From a virus (Duplodnaviria > Caudoviricetes), in the IMG/VR virus record IMGVR_UViG_3300025918_000012, positions 4,799 through 68,798 of that record: a stretch of DNA of 64,000 bases. One strand, given 5' to 3'. Below the pieces are notes generated by a model, which worked only from the letters and a program-made list of their open reading frames with translations, did no database searches and had not been told where the DNA came from. Below are positions 55,315-63,696 of the stretch, piece by piece. How positions within the stretch are numbered: position 1 is the first letter of the stretch; every line of letters starts with the position of its first letter. The translations under genes and the position numbers were made by a program.

Positions 55315-57042
55315 GTGAGCCACACGTATCTCAAGGGGACCCTGAGCACGAAGAAGACCCCGCAGTCCGAGCCGATTCCCGGCTCCGGGCAGGTCGAGAA
55401 CACGGCCGGTGGCTTCGCGTGGACGATCTCGCCGCTCGACCGGATGCGCCGGTGGCTGATCCTCGGATCGGAGGGCGGCACCTACTACGCCGACGAGCGC
55501 AAGCTGACCAAGCAGAACGCGCAGGCGGTGCAGGCGGCGCTCGACGAGCACGGCGTCGCCGCCGTGGAGGAGATCATCGCGATCTCCGAGGCGGGCCGCG
55601 CGCCGAAGAACGACCCGGCGCTGTTCGCGCTGGCGCTCGCGTCCGCGCACTCCGACATCGCGGTCCGCAAGGCGGCGTGGCACAACCTCGCACGGGTGGC
55701 GCGCATCGGCACGCACCTGTTCCACTACCTCGACTTCGTGCAGGAGTTCCGTGGGTGGGGACGCGGCCAGCAGAAGGCCGTCGAGCACTGGTACACCGAC
55801 CGGCCCGCGAGCGCGCTCGCCTACGACGTCGTGAAGTACCGGCAGCGGGACGGCTGGTCGCAGCGCGACGCCCTGCGCAAGAGCACTCCGCGCGTCGCGG
55901 AGAACTCCGATCAGGACTTGATCTTCGCGTGGGTGACGGGTCGCAAGGAGAAGATCGCCCGACTGAACGCCGAGCCGGTCTCCGCATCCCTGCGTGTGAT
56001 CGAGGGCTTCGAGCGCGCGCAGCGGGCCGCTTCCCCGGCCGACACGGCGAACCTCGTCCGCGAGTACCGGCTGCCGCGCGAGGCGCTCAAGACCGAGCAC
56101 CTGAACTCCCCGGACGTGTGGATCGCGCTGTTGGAGACCGGTATGCCGATGGTCGCGCTCGTGCGCAACCTCGCGACCATGAGCCGCAACAAGGTCACCG
56201 AGACGTTCAGCCACGGCGAGCGGATGGTCGTGGACGCCCTCACCGACCGGGGGCGCATCGCGCGCTCGCGCCTGCACCCTGTCGGCGTCCTGTCGGCGCT
56301 GCTCACCTACAAGACCGGGCGCAGCTACCGGGGCGACGGCACGTGGACTCCGAACGCGCGCATCGTGGACGCGCTGGACGAGGCGTTCTACCACTCGTTC
56401 GGGGCCGTCGAGCCGTCCGGCAAGCGGACCCTGATCGCCGTGGACGTCTCCGGCTCGATGACGAACCCGATCATGAAGGTGCCGGGCCTCGACGCGCGCA
56501 TGGCGGCCGGGGCGCTGGCGATGGTCACCGCGCGCGTCGAGCCGCAGTACGAGATCGTCGTGTTCAGTTCGGGCCGGGGCCTCGACCGCTACTACGGCAG
56601 GAGCACGATGCGTCACCCGGACGGCGAGTGGATGCCGCCCGCGAGCTACCGCAACGACCGCTGGCAGGAGATGCTCGGCATCGCGCCCGCGCCGGTGTCC
56701 CCGCGTCAGCGGCTCGATGACGTGCTCACGGCCATCGACAGCGTGCCCGCCGGTGGCACCGACTGCGCGCTGCCGATCATGTACGCGATGGAGCGCGACC
56801 GGCCCGTGGACACGTTCGTGATCCTCACCGACAACGAGACGTGGGCCGGGCAGATCCACCCGGCGCAGGCGCTCAAGCAGTACCGCCAGAAGACCGGCAT
56901 CGACGCGAAGCTGATCGTGGTCGCGATGACCGCGACGGAGTTCTCCATCGCGGATCCGAACGACCGTGGGATGCTGGACGTCGTGGGCTTCGACACGGAC
57001 GCGCCGAACATCATGAGCGAGTTCTCCAAGGGCAACGTGTGA
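55315..57042 (+). CDS. rsr: Ro60/Rsr TROVE-domain RNA-binding protein with C-terminal vWA
   Basis: N..GG.A......RL.R.L..GSEGGTYY; KY.QR.GWS..D.LR; LP.E; MP..A..RNL; DVSGSM; GGTDCALP; D.F...TDNETW; DP.D.GMLD..GFD; AGGAGG RBS. Confidence 0.95.
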   Translation: MSHTYLKGTLSTKKTPQSEPIPGSGQVENTAGGFAWTISPLDRMRRWLILGSEGGTYYADERKLTKQNAQAVQAALDEHGVAAVEEIIAISEAGRAPKNDPALFALALASAHSDIAVRKAAWHNLARVARIGTHLFHYLDFVQEFRGWGRGQQKAVEHWYTDRPASALAYDVVKYRQRDGWSQRDALRKSTPRVAENSDQDLIFAWVTGRKEKIARLNAEPVSASLRVIEGFERAQRAASPADTANLVREYRLPREALKTEHLNSPDVWIALLETGMPMVALVRNLATMSRNKVTETFSHGERMVVDALTDRGRIARSRLHPVGVLSALLTYKTGRSYRGDGTWTPNARIVDALDEAFYHSFGAVEPSGKRTLIAVDVSGSMTNPIMKVPGLDARMAAGALAMVTARVEPQYEIVVFSSGRGLDRYYGRSTMRHPDGEWMPPASYRNDRWQEMLGIAPAPVSPRQRLDDVLTAIDSVPAGGTDCALPIMYAMERDRPVDTFVILTDNETWAGQIHPAQALKQYRQKTGIDAKLIVVAMTATEFSIADPNDRGMLDVVGFDTDAPNIMSEFSKGNV

Positions 57043-57272
57043 GCGAGCAGCCGACGACTGAGATCCCTCGTGTGTCGCCGAAGCGCCGGGCGACACACGA
57101 GGAGGTCGGCAGGTTGCCCGACGCGCAGTGCTCCCCCGAGGCGCGCCTGCACGCGATAGCCGAACTGCTTGGTCCGCTGCCCGCGCGCGGCCCGCTCTCC
57201 ACGGAGGAGAACGAAGGTCCCGTGAGCAGCGCGTATCAGATCGCGATGGGCTTGCTGAACCCGTCCGACTAA
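57039..57272 (+). CDS. hypothetical protein
   Basis: GTGA coupling to rsr. Confidence 0.45.
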   Translation: MSEQPTTEIPRVSPKRRATHEEVGRLPDAQCSPEARLHAIAELLGPLPARGPLSTEENEGPVSSAYQIAMGLLNPSD

Positions 57273-57329
57273 GGCAAGATCATGGGCGCGCGGTGACACG
57301 CGCGCCGCTGTCCCGACCATAGGAGAACC

Positions 57330-57881
57330 GTGGGCTTGAACGAGAAGATCGCGGCAGCATTGCCGCGACGCGGTGCGTGGAAAGACGTGCGCTTCGCGCT
57401 GCTCCACTTCGACGTCGTGGTCGCCCGGACGCTGGACCGCATCGCGAAGTCCCCCGCTCGGTACGCGACCATCGTCATCACCGGCGGCATCCTGATCGGC
57501 GGCACGATCTTCTCCCTGATCGAGGACGGCGAAAGCTGGCCGGACGGCATCTGGTGGGCGTTCGTGTCCGAGACGACCGTGGGCTACGGCGACATCGCGC
57601 CGAAGAACACCGCGATGCGGTTCCTCGCCACGGCCGTGATCCTCAGCGGCGTCTTCGGGCTGGCGATCCTCACCGCCGCGCTCGCGGGCCGCATCGCGGA
57701 GCGCCGGATCACTCGCCACGACTACGAACTGACCCCCGAGATCGGGGACGACTTACAGGCCGCCGTCGAGCAGATGGGTGCCTGCATGAGAGACGTCGAG
57801 CGGCTGATCCCGCTCGTGCAAGACCCGCGCGTCGTGGCGGCGCTGCGGGAGATCCATGACGAAAGGAACGGTCATGCCTGA
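57330..57881 (+). CDS. two-TM potassium channel (KcsA-like, Ion_trans_2)
   Basis: TM1; pore helix DGIWWAFVSET; filter TTVGYGDI.P; TM2 RFLATAVILSGV..LAILTAALA; coiled tail. Confidence 0.92.
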   Translation: MGLNEKIAAALPRRGAWKDVRFALLHFDVVVARTLDRIAKSPARYATIVITGGILIGGTIFSLIEDGESWPDGIWWAFVSETTVGYGDIAPKNTAMRFLATAVILSGVFGLAILTAALAGRIAERRITRHDYELTPEIGDDLQAAVEQMGACMRDVERLIPLVQDPRVVAALREIHDERNGHA

Positions 57882-58311
57882 CCGACGCAAGCGACGGGGC
57901 ATGGCCCCGACGTTCGCTGTCGTGCCGTTGCTCGCCGCCGGGTTTGTCGCAGGATGCGGCTCCGACGACGACAACAACGAGCAGGCGTTCTGCACCGCCC
58001 GAGACCAGAACGGCAACGTCGTGGTCGTCGAGAATCGCTTCTGCGACTCGGGGACCAACGGCAGCTACTTCTGGTACTTCGGGGGCGCGAACGACTTCGT
58101 GGGCGGCAACAACGGCGTCCAGAGGGGCGCTCGGCTGCGTCCGGCGAAGGCCGCTGTCGCGGGCAAGGCGATGGTGGTCTCCACGAACCGGGCGGCGCTG
58201 GCGAACAGGGGCGGCTTCGGCTCGTCCACGAAGTCCTCCGGCGTGGGCCGCTCGACCGCGAGCAGCAAGGGCGGCTTCGGCGGCGGCGGCGGACGCTCGG
58301 GCGGCGGCTGA
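57874..58311 (+). CDS. lipoprotein with Gly/Ser-rich tail (YgiB/YjfM-like position)
   Basis: Lipobox VAGC; two further Cys; RGGFG.S tail; directly upstream of the GSP synthase-like gene. Confidence 0.75.
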   Translation: MPDRRKRRGMAPTFAVVPLLAAGFVAGCGSDDDNNEQAFCTARDQNGNVVVVENRFCDSGTNGSYFWYFGGANDFVGGNNGVQRGARLRPAKAAVAGKAMVVSTNRAALANRGGFGSSTKSSGVGRSTASSKGGFGGGGGRSGGG

Positions 58312-59573
58312 TGGAACGCCGCGACATCCGCCCGCGCGAAGGATGGGAGAGCCGGATCGAGCAGCAAGGGCTGATCTACTGGAAGACCCCGCTCGCGAAC
58401 GGCGAGGTCATCTCCTACTGGCACGAGGGCGCGTACTACGCGCTGTCCTCCACCGAGGTCTACGAGTTCGAGGCCGCCGCGCGGGTGCTGCTCAACGACC
58501 TGCTCGTCCCGGCCGGGGACTTCATGATCGAGCACAACCTGTTCGCTCGCATGGGCATCCCCGGATGGGCCGTGGACCGGATCAAGGAGACGTGGGAGAG
58601 CGAGCCGCCGATGCTCTACGGGCGCTTCGACTTCGCGTACGGCCCCGACGGCGTGCCGAAGCTCCTTGAGTACAACGCCGACACCCCGACCTGCCTGCTC
58701 GAAACCGCGATCCAATGGCATTGGGCGACCGACGTCTTCGGCGAGGACGCCGACCAGTGGAACAGCGTCCACGAGGCGCTCGTGGCGCGGTGGAAGGAGA
58801 TGGCCGAGGCGGGCCGCCTGCCCGGCAACACCGTCCACTTCCTGCACACGAACGAGGAGCGCTCGGGCGAGGACTTCATGACGGTCGCGTACCTCGTGGA
58901 GACGTGCCGCGACTCCGGTCTGCTCAACCCGGTGATCCTGCCGGTCGAGAGCCTCGGATGGCATCAGACGTTCGGGTTCCTCGACCTCGACGGCGCGCCG
59001 GTCCGCAACGCCTTCAAGCTCTACCCGTGGGAGTGGATGGTCCACGAGCGCTACTCGGCGCAGGCGATGTCCCGCATGGGCACGGGCGGCGGGATGACGC
59101 AGTGGATCGAGCCGATCTGGAAGATGCTGTGGAGCAACAAGGGGATCCTGCCGGTGCTGTGGCACCTGTTCCCCGACCATCCGAACCTGCTGCCCGCGTA
59201 CTTCGAGCACGACTTCGGCGACTCCGGCGGGCCGGTGCCCGTGGACGTCTTCGGCGAGCCGGTCGGCGCGCTCGATTGGGGCGGCAACGTCGTCCGCAAG
59301 CCGCTGCTCGCGCGCGAGGGCGCGAACTCGCAGATCGTGCTGGCCGGGAACGTCGTGGAGGCCGGGCCGCAGCAGGACTACGGCGAGGAGGGCTTCGTCG
59401 TGCAGCAGTACACCGACCTCGGCCAGTACGGCGAGGCGGGCGCGCGCCCGGTCATGGGCGTGTGGACCGTGGACATGGAGCCGGTCGGCCTTGGCATCCG
59501 CGAGTCCGACAACTTCATCACCAACAACGAATCCCGGTTCGTGCCGCACATCATCGACACGGACCTGATCTAG
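58311..59573 (+). CDS. glutathionylspermidine synthase-family ATP-grasp protein (YgiC/YjfC-like)
   Basis: YW.E.AYY; LYGRFDF.Y; KLLEYNADTPT.L.E; EDF.T..YL; FKLYPWEW; EP.WK...SNK..L; KP...REG.N; G.RE...IT.N.SRF.PH. Confidence 0.93.
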   Translation: MERRDIRPREGWESRIEQQGLIYWKTPLANGEVISYWHEGAYYALSSTEVYEFEAAARVLLNDLLVPAGDFMIEHNLFARMGIPGWAVDRIKETWESEPPMLYGRFDFAYGPDGVPKLLEYNADTPTCLLETAIQWHWATDVFGEDADQWNSVHEALVARWKEMAEAGRLPGNTVHFLHTNEERSGEDFMTVAYLVETCRDSGLLNPVILPVESLGWHQTFGFLDLDGAPVRNAFKLYPWEWMVHERYSAQAMSRMGTGGGMTQWIEPIWKMLWSNKGILPVLWHLFPDHPNLLPAYFEHDFGDSGGPVPVDVFGEPVGALDWGGNVVRKPLLAREGANSQIVLAGNVVEAGPQQDYGEEGFVVQQYTDLGQYGEAGARPVMGVWTVDMEPVGLGIRESDNFITNNESRFVPHIIDTDLI

Positions 59574-59582
59574 GAGGGCTGG

Positions 59583-60017
59583 ATGTTTGACCTCGTGTTG
59601 CAGACGCTCGCGTACGCGGGCGTGGGTGTCATCACCCTGATCGTCGGCTTCTTCGTGCTGGACCTGCTCACGCCGGGCAAGCTCGCGGAGGAGATCGTCG
59701 GCGGCAACGTCAACGCCTGCGTGATCGCGGCGGCGACGCTCGTGAGCCTCGGGATGATCCTCTGGTTCGCGATCTTCTTCACCGGCGCGGGCTGGCGCGG
59801 GCTGGACAACTGCGCGATCTTCGGCGCGGTCGGCGTCGCGGCGCAGGCGCTCGCGTGGCTGACCGCTGACGCGGTGACGCCGGGCAAGCTCGGGCAGTCC
59901 ATCGCACCGGCGAACGGCAAGAGCGCCGATGCTCCCGTCACGCTTCACCCCGGCGTCTTCGTGACGTCTTCCATGCAGATCGCGGTCGCGTTCATCATCT
60001 GCGCGTCGCTGACGTAG
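59583..60017 (+). CDS. DUF350 membrane protein
   Basis: Four TMs; DL.TPG.L..EI..GN.A; DA.TPG.L. Confidence 0.85.
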   Translation: MFDLVLQTLAYAGVGVITLIVGFFVLDLLTPGKLAEEIVGGNVNACVIAAATLVSLGMILWFAIFFTGAGWRGLDNCAIFGAVGVAAQALAWLTADAVTPGKLGQSIAPANGKSADAPVTLHPGVFVTSSMQIAVAFIICASLT

Positions 60018-60026
60018 GAGGGACCA

Positions 60027-60587
60027 GTGACCATCGTGTACATCCTGATCGCCGTCGTGGTGATCGTGGGCATCGCGCTGCTCGCAAGCAGGCGGTTGCG
60101 CAAGCGGCGGCAGGAGGACACCGTGCCGCTGACGAGCCACCCGGAGGTCGTGGAGCGCGCGCAGCGGCGCGTGCCGCCGCGCCCGGCGCAGACCTCGACG
60201 TCGCCATCGAACGTGACGTCGATGCCGCGCAAGCGCGGATCGGAGCGGGCCGCCGACGAGGAGGACGACATCTCGCAGCCGTTCGGCTACATCGCGGGGG
60301 ACGAACTCGCCGGGCAGGTGATCGGCGCGGACCCCGGCATCGAGGTCGGCGGCACCACGCATCAGCAGGACCCCCCGGCATCCGGCAGCGACATCGGCCG
60401 TGACCCGTCGGAGATCGGCACCGTGACCCCGGAGCCGGACCGCTCGGCGACCGCGTACGACTCGGGCAGCGGCGGCTTCGACAGCGGCGGCTCCACGTAC
60501 TCCGACAGCGGCTCGTCGTCGTCGTCGGACAGCGGCTCGTCGTCGTCCGACAGCGGCGGCTCCTCGGACTCGGGAGGCTCGTCGTGA
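60027..60587 (+). CDS. single-TM protein with Ser/Gly/Asp-rich tail
   Basis: N-terminal TM; (DSGSSSS)n tail. Confidence 0.7.
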   Translation: MTIVYILIAVVVIVGIALLASRRLRKRRQEDTVPLTSHPEVVERAQRRVPPRPAQTSTSPSNVTSMPRKRGSERAADEEDDISQPFGYIAGDELAGQVIGADPGIEVGGTTHQQDPPASGSDIGRDPSEIGTVTPEPDRSATAYDSGSGGFDSGGSTYSDSGSSSSSDSGSSSSDSGGSSDSGGSS

Positions 60588-60760
60588 GCGAGATCTACCC
60601 CGGCCCGAAGAAGAACCCGCCGGTCGATGACCGCGAGGGGCGCTTCAAGTTCGACGACACGCTCAAGAAGTGGCTGGTGCGCATCTGCGTGGCGTGGTCG
60701 ATCTTCTGCGTCTTCGTGGTCGTGCTGATCGTCGCGGGCGTGTGGAGCCTCGCCACATGA
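60584..60760 (+). CDS. small single-TM protein
   Basis: GTGA/ATGA couplings; WLVRICVAWSIFCVFVVVLIVAGVW. Confidence 0.55.
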   Translation: MSEIYPGPKKNPPVDDREGRFKFDDTLKKWLVRICVAWSIFCVFVVVLIVAGVWSLAT

Positions 60761-61092
60761 CCCCCGACTGGAAGGGCCTGTTCGGGAAGGCCAAGGAGGC
60801 GGCGCAGGACCCCGAGAATCAGGCCAAGGCCAAGGACGCCGCGAAGAACTTCATGGAGAAGCGCAAGCAGCGCGAGCGCCGTGAGGACAGCGGCTACGTC
60901 ACCGACTACGAGCCGGGCTACCAAGGCGGCAACTGGCAGCCCGAGCCGGTGGACCAGTACGTCCCGGACGACTACTCCGATCCGAACACGTCGGGCGACT
61001 ACATGGACGACGTGCAGGACAATGACGTGGACACCGGCGACGAGATCGGTGAGGACATCGAGGACGTCGCGGACGGCGACGAAGGAGGTTGA
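60757..61092 (+). CDS. acidic low-complexity protein
   Basis: GLFGKAKEAA N-terminus; Asp-rich tail. Confidence 0.55.
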   Translation: MTPDWKGLFGKAKEAAQDPENQAKAKDAAKNFMEKRKQRERREDSGYVTDYEPGYQGGNWQPEPVDQYVPDDYSDPNTSGDYMDDVQDNDVDTGDEIGEDIEDVADGDEGG

Positions 61093-61093
61093 C

Positions 61094-61213
61094 GTGGGAT
61101 TGCAGGGGCCGTCGAAGACGATCAAGGTGGAGCCGCTCCCGGACAAGGCTCCGGCGAAGGAGCCGGTGCCGGTGAAGGCCCCGGAGCGCGAGAAGGTGCC
61201 TGCGGGCGCATGA
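61094..61213 (+). CDS. 39-aa Pro/Glu/Lys-rich peptide
   Basis: AAGGAGG RBS; MGLQGPSKTIKVEPLPDKAPAKEPVPVKAPEREKVPAGA. Confidence 0.55.
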   Translation: MGLQGPSKTIKVEPLPDKAPAKEPVPVKAPEREKVPAGA

Positions 61214-62073
61214 CGCAGGGCACCGGTGGGGTTGGCGGGAGCGACGAGGAACCCGTGATCGTGCGCGAACTCCGCGCGCGCGGCGCGTCCGAGATCTCGT
61301 GGACGCGAGACGAGATGCGGGCCGCTACGACGTACGCGGTCAAGTTCCTGTCGTGGTCCAAGGGTCCGGTGTCGTTGCAGTTCGACATGGACGACTACGA
61401 CGCCCGTGACCCGATGATGGTGGCAACGTTCCTGCGCAAGCTCGACGCAGCGCTTGGGCAGGAACCGAGCCTCAACGAGGAGCCGCCGTGGGACCAGCGG
61501 GCACCGGACCTGTTCGAGAAGGTCATCGGCTTCCGCTTCTGGCGGGTGGAGAAGGTCATGGGCACGTGGCTGCTTCTGCCGTGGGGGCAGGGAACCCCGG
61601 ACTGGCGCGGGCGGATGGCGGTGCGCGCGCGGTGCGCGCGAGGGCAGCATCACGCCCCGGCGAAGAACCATCACTGCGGCTTCAACCTCTACCACGACGT
61701 CACGGTGAAGTCGGGCTACATGAACCGGCTCGTGAGCAAGCAGGCGGTCAACGTCGTGTACGGCGCGTGCGCGGCGTGGGGCGGCATGGAGGTTCACCGC
61801 GACGGCTTCCGAGCCGAGTGGGTGCAGCCCGTGGCGCTGGCGTACGACCCGACGTGCAGCGAAGTGCGGGTCCTCGAACCGGTGGAGATCGAGACGACAT
61901 CCGTCGTCAAGCGCGTGTTCCGCCGCTCCGAGAGGACCGTGATGCCCGATGACCGCGAGCGCGTCACCGACATCGCCCGTGGCCTGCGGATCCCCGTCGT
62001 GTCGATCAGCGCTTTGCAGACGTTCGCGCACGAGCACGGAAAGCCGATCCCGAGGAGTCTCCGGTATGCCTAA
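61210..62073 (+). CDS. conserved-looking Cys/His (putative Zn-binding) protein
   Basis: GFRFWRV; ARC...HHAP...H.CG.N.YH; V.G..A.WG....H..GFRAE. Confidence 0.6.
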   Translation: MTQGTGGVGGSDEEPVIVRELRARGASEISWTRDEMRAATTYAVKFLSWSKGPVSLQFDMDDYDARDPMMVATFLRKLDAALGQEPSLNEEPPWDQRAPDLFEKVIGFRFWRVEKVMGTWLLLPWGQGTPDWRGRMAVRARCARGQHHAPAKNHHCGFNLYHDVTVKSGYMNRLVSKQAVNVVYGACAAWGGMEVHRDGFRAEWVQPVALAYDPTCSEVRVLEPVEIETTSVVKRVFRRSERTVMPDDRERVTDIARGLRIPVVSISALQTFAHEHGKPIPRSLRYA

Positions 62074-62248
62074 ACACGCTCTTGAGTGGACGCCGTTCGT
62101 ATTGGCGCTCTCCACCACCGAGGCTGCGCGCCGCGAAAACGGCCCGTACATCCAACTCTCGGTCGGCATGTGCCCCGAGTGCGGCGCGCTCGTTGCCGAG
62201 GATCAGGCCCAACTTCACGAGGCGTTCCACGCTCGGGCGGGTGCCTGA
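62066..62248 (+). CDS. small C2H2-type Zn-finger protein
   Basis: CPECGALV......HE.FH. Confidence 0.6.
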   Translation: MPKHALEWTPFVLALSTTEAARRENGPYIQLSVGMCPECGALVAEDQAQLHEAFHARAGA

Positions 62249-62652
62249 TGCCTAAGTACACGCCGATGGGGCGCGCGCTCGGCCTCGACCTCAACGCCAT
62301 CGCACGGGCCGTCTCCGCGTGCGTGCGCGAGGACCGCGCGCTCAACGTTGACGAGATGACCGCCGCGATGGGCGGCGTGCTCCCGAGCAAGGGCGCGATC
62401 ACGATGAAGTACGCGGTCAAGGAGGGCTACTTCGAGCGGACGACGCGAGATCCGCAGGACCGCTGGTTTCCGACCGAGAAGGGCCTCAAGACGTTCCCCG
62501 TGGAGGAGGCGCACGTGATGCCCGACCAGCCGACGGTGGAGTTGGGCGAGGGCCGCACGTTCACCGGCGTGTCGCCGGAGGAGGCGGCTACGTGGACCGG
62601 CGACGACGAGGGCTGGACCGAGATCGACCCGACCAAGGAGATCGAGCCGTGA
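62248..62652 (+). CDS. winged-helix-like hypothetical protein
   Basis: TGATG coupling; W.PT.KG. Confidence 0.5.
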   Translation: MPKYTPMGRALGLDLNAIARAVSACVREDRALNVDEMTAAMGGVLPSKGAITMKYAVKEGYFERTTRDPQDRWFPTEKGLKTFPVEEAHVMPDQPTVELGEGRTFTGVSPEEAATWTGDDEGWTEIDPTKEIEP

Positions 62653-63203
62653 GCGACGAGATGCAGGAGTTGGAAGCGCTGTACGCCGAGGCCGAGGCCG
62701 ACGGTCTGTTCGTCAAGGAGTGGGATGGCATGGCGTGCGTCGGCGAGATCTCCAAGATCGAGGCGCTGCTCGCGAAGTCCACGCTGCCGAAGGACAAGGT
62801 GCCGAGCGTCGCGGAGTTCGTGAAGGTGATGTCGCTCGGCGACGTCGCGACCGCCGGTCTCGGCTGGCCGGGCGGCGGCGACACGCGGGCCGCGCGCGTC
62901 CGCGACGGCATGGAGAAGGCCCGCGACGCGCGCAAGCCGTGGCAGGAGCGCTTCCCCGGTGCGCCGAGCGAGGACTTCTTCCCGTTCGCGGAGCCTTTCG
63001 AGGAGAAGGGCTACACGTTCTTCGCGTGGCAGCCGTCCGGCGACGGTGCGCCCCGCCACTTCGTCTTGCAGGCGAAGAAGGACGGCGAGGTCGTTCGCGA
63101 GGTCACCGTGCCGATGGACTACCCGAACCAGTGGGGTGTGGACGTCGCCGACGTGCAGTCGCTAGAGGCCGCCACCGAGACGCTGATCGGTGAGTTGCCG
63201 TGA
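62649..63203 (+). CDS. hypothetical protein
   Basis: CCGACCAAGGAG at 62629. Confidence 0.6.
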   Translation: MSDEMQELEALYAEAEADGLFVKEWDGMACVGEISKIEALLAKSTLPKDKVPSVAEFVKVMSLGDVATAGLGWPGGGDTRAARVRDGMEKARDARKPWQERFPGAPSEDFFPFAEPFEEKGYTFFAWQPSGDGAPRHFVLQAKKDGEVVREVTVPMDYPNQWGVDVADVQSLEAATETLIGELP

Positions 63204-63430
63204 CAGGGCGCGAGCTACGCGAACTGCTCCAACACGCCCGAGCGATCTGGAACGCGCCCGGCCGTCCGACGTTCGACGTCACGTTGCACTTGTCGATCAA
63301 GGACGCCGACGCGCTGATGCAGCACATGGCCGAGTGGGAGTACCCGCCGGACGACATCCTCGACGAGATCGCCGAGAGCTTGGAGCACCGGATCCTCGCG
63401 TACCTCGAACGCTACGAGCCGAGGATGTAG
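63200..63430 (+). CDS. hypothetical protein
   Basis: GTGA coupling. Confidence 0.55.
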   Translation: MTGRELRELLQHARAIWNAPGRPTFDVTLHLSIKDADALMQHMAEWEYPPDDILDEIAESLEHRILAYLERYEPRM

Positions 63431-63438
63431 ATGGGGCG

Positions 63439-63696
63439 ATGGAGTACGCGATCAGGACGGCGATCAGGCGGCGGCGCAAACGGCCGAAGCCGCCCGGCCG
63501 TTTCTGGATCCTCGCGTTCATCGTGTTCGCGAACGGGCAGAGCGCGGTCCGCAACCTGCTCGACATCGCGGACGGCTCCGTCAGCGGCTTTGGGCGGGGT
63601 GTCACGGTTTTCTTGGTCGGCGTGGAGTTCCTGATCTTGTGGCGCTTCTGGCCGGAGTTCGTGGACGAGTGGAAGAAGTGGAGGGACGACGAGTGA
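63439..63696 (+). CDS. two-TM membrane protein
   Basis: Basic N-terminus and two hydrophobic helices. Confidence 0.5.
   Translation: MEYAIRTAIRRRRKRPKPPGRFWILAFIVFANGQSAVRNLLDIADGSVSGFGRGVTVFLVGVEFLILWRFWPEFVDEWKKWRDDE

Larger units (their letters stand above)
16917..57287. promoter_or_regulatory. dispersed promoter motif TAA(C/G)AT-CRTGGRC (-10 box plus conserved downstream 7-mer)
   Basis: (+) 32683, 35672, 36161, 37028, 37444, 50953, 55130; variants 30804, 40875, 54834, 57275; (-) 16917-29, 26927-39, 32612-24; variant 52887-99. Some have TTGTCC/TTGGAT 17 bp upstream. Confidence 0.8.
14598..62640. promoter_or_regulatory. dispersed start-associated sequence CCGACCAAGGAG (11 exact copies found)
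   Basis: (+) 14742, 16945, 18822, 28107, 32727, 34079, 40512, 50998, 62629; (-) 14598-14609, 31622-31633. Confidence 0.85.
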
